Under the pieces are notes generated by a model. It was not told where the DNA came from. It ran no database searches and saw only the letters and a program-made list of their open reading frames with translations. From a virus (Duplodnaviria > Heunggongvirae > Uroviricota > Caudoviricetes), in IMG/VR virus record IMGVR_UViG_2703718777_000029, positions 1 through 16,352 of that record: a DNA stretch of 16,352 nucleotides. The stretch is one strand, 5' to 3'. The position numbers and the translations under genes were made by a program. This document shows, in pieces, positions 15,045 through 16,352 of this stretch. Position 1 is the stretch's first letter. Each line of letters begins with the position of its first letter.

Positions 15045-15096
15045 TCAAATATAAGAATAATGGCAGCTCTCGCTTTACGCTCAAAGCAGGCTGCCA
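15045..15096 (-). terminator. Candidate terminator between the convergent membrane-protein and integrase genes
   Basis: Inverted repeat TGGCAGC (15061-15067) / GCTGCCA (15090-15096) with internal GCTTT/AAAGC pairing, followed on the minus strand by a U-rich tract. A second hairpin CACCTGC-ttatatt-GCAGGTG lies at 14974-14994. Confidence 0.35.
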
Positions 15097-15128
15097 AATT
15101 TGATTACATACTGGCTGGGCATACTGTA

Positions 15129-16352
15129 TCAATTGGAGCATGAGTTAGTACAAGTAACAATCGATTCAACTCTCTCCCACCATGCCTGGTAGGCTTTACG
15201 CTGTTCTTCTAGATAATCGCTCTTATCATAAACTTGCCATACCCCTGGCAGTTTATGACCTAGCATTATTTCTGCAATATGAGGCTCAGTAAGATCAGAA
15301 AAGTTTGTTCGTGCTGTTCGTCTCAAATCATGAAGAGACCAATGAGGGAATTGATACCCCAAACGCCGCCATGCGTACTGCATTAAATTGTAAGGCAGCG
15401 ACTGCAATGATGTCCGACCAACGGGTTCCCTGCTTCCTTCCTTAGTAAAAAGCATATCGGAACCATTGTTCATAGAGATAGCGTACTTTATAAGCTCTTC
15501 AACCGGTTCAATAATGGGTCGCTTTAGCGGTTCGCCTGTTATCTCCCCAGTCTTATGTCGTTCTGGTGGTACAGTCCATACTTTATTAATGAAATCAAAA
15601 TCGTCCACCCGGGCAGTAATTAGCTCTGAACTACGGCAACCAAAATGCAGCAATAGTTTAATGAAGGCCCGGTATTTAGGAACCATTCGAGAACCATCGA
15701 TCGCAGCATAAAGGATTTTAATTTCATCATGTGTCAGAAACCGTTTCTTCTGACCTTTACGGATATCCATATCTTTACCCGTGATATCCGACAGCGGGCG
15801 AGTTTCAATGAGCTTTCTCTTATACGCCCAGACATGGGCCTGCTTTGCGTTAATTAGCAATCGGTCTGCTATTGCTGGAGTCTTAGTGCTAAGAGGCTCC
15901 AGGACCTCTAACCAATCATGCAATGTAGCTACATCGTGAGGGATACTCCCGATTTTAGAGAACAGGTGCAGTTCAAATGAGCGGAGTATCTGCTCAGAAC
16001 CTTTTTTATTTTTTACACAATATGCTGCATACCAGGCACGGATCACAGACTCCACCGTCATGGCTTCAGTAGCTTTGCGTTTTTCTACCTGCTTGACCAA
16101 TCGTGGATTGCGGTTTGACTCGAGTTCACCACGAAGACGGATAACTTCTTCTCTGGCCTCTTTTAATCCAGTTGCCGGGTAAGTTCCGATATCAAGACGC
16201 TCACCTTTCCCTGCCCATTGATAACGATATTGGAATACTACGCGACCTTTCGGTGATACTCTGACAGACAGACCATCACGATCGGATTTAACCAAAACCT
16301 TATCACGTTCCTTTCCAACGACTGAACGCAACCACGCATCAGACAGCGCCAT
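15129..16352 (-). CDS. int: Tyrosine recombinase / phage integrase (P4-type), 407 aa
   Basis: N-terminus MALSDAWLRS...GLSVRVSPKGRVVFQYRYQ matches P4-like integrase arm-binding domains. C-terminal catalytic signature includes HDLRRT (HxxR), GHKL...VYDKSDY (His and Tyr nucleophile). The ATG sits at the last three bases of the window, so promoter and att lie outside. Confidence 0.9.
   Translation of the reverse strand: MALSDAWLRSVVGKERDKVLVKSDRDGLSVRVSPKGRVVFQYRYQWAGKGERLDIGTYPATGLKEAREEVIRLRGELESNRNPRLVKQVEKRKATEAMTVESVIRAWYAAYCVKNKKGSEQILRSFELHLFSKIGSIPHDVATLHDWLEVLEPLSTKTPAIADRLLINAKQAHVWAYKRKLIETRPLSDITGKDMDIRKGQKKRFLTHDEIKILYAAIDGSRMVPKYRAFIKLLLHFGCRSSELITARVDDFDFINKVWTVPPERHKTGEITGEPLKRPIIEPVEELIKYAISMNNGSDMLFTKEGSREPVGRTSLQSLPYNLMQYAWRRLGYQFPHWSLHDLRRTARTNFSDLTEPHIAEIMLGHKLPGVWQVYDKSDYLEEQRKAYQAWWERVESIVTCTNSCSN

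Larger units (their letters stand above)
1..16352. mobile_element. Lambdoid prophage segment (late/Q boundary through immunity region to integrase); att site and the rest of the prophage lie outside the window
   Basis: Lambda-like gene order (mirrored): Q with downstream terminator, RusA/Dam nin-like genes, O-like initiator, Cro/CI divergent pair with repeated operators, Xis-like and tyrosine integrase. Genes are tightly packed with overlapping stop/start codons. Confidence 0.9.

Noticed and set aside
15466-15711. 81-aa plus-strand ORF
   Set aside because: Antisense within the integrase gene; no RBS.
1-16352. Search for tRNA, rRNA, IS elements or att core repeats
   Set aside because: No cloverleaf-like or rRNA-like segments and no terminal inverted repeats with a transposase were seen. 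The integrase start at the window edge implies that att and any target tRNA lie beyond 16352.

Overview
This 16.3 kb window reads as one arm of a lambdoid enterobacterial prophage, with gene content resembling the E. coli Qin and CPS-53/KplE1 prophages. From left to right: a low-GC lipoprotein gene behind a tR'-like terminator; the Q antiterminator; a nin-like block (DUF968, KilA-N, RusA, Dam); a replication initiator with internal iterons; Rha, CII-like and Cro-like genes; a three-operator immunity switch around a LexA-like (S24) CI repressor; a rightward early operon (YfdP/YfdQ/YfdR-like, Ea22-like, DUF551, Xis-like); a strongly AT-rich gene for a 515-aa membrane-anchored protein; and a convergent P4-type tyrosine integrase whose start codon sits at the window edge. 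No tRNA, rRNA, CRISPR array or IS element was seen. The best candidate for an undescribed system is the AT-rich single-gene insertion between xis and int (13410..14957). Other points worth a second look are a near-consensus LexA box upstream of the KilA-N gene, a highly structured leader on the early-left operon, a Rha ORF with an unexplained 200-aa N-terminal extension, and an unannotated 30-codon ORF coupled between the replication and Dam genes. All calls rest on reading the sequence and remembered family signatures; no database search was run.
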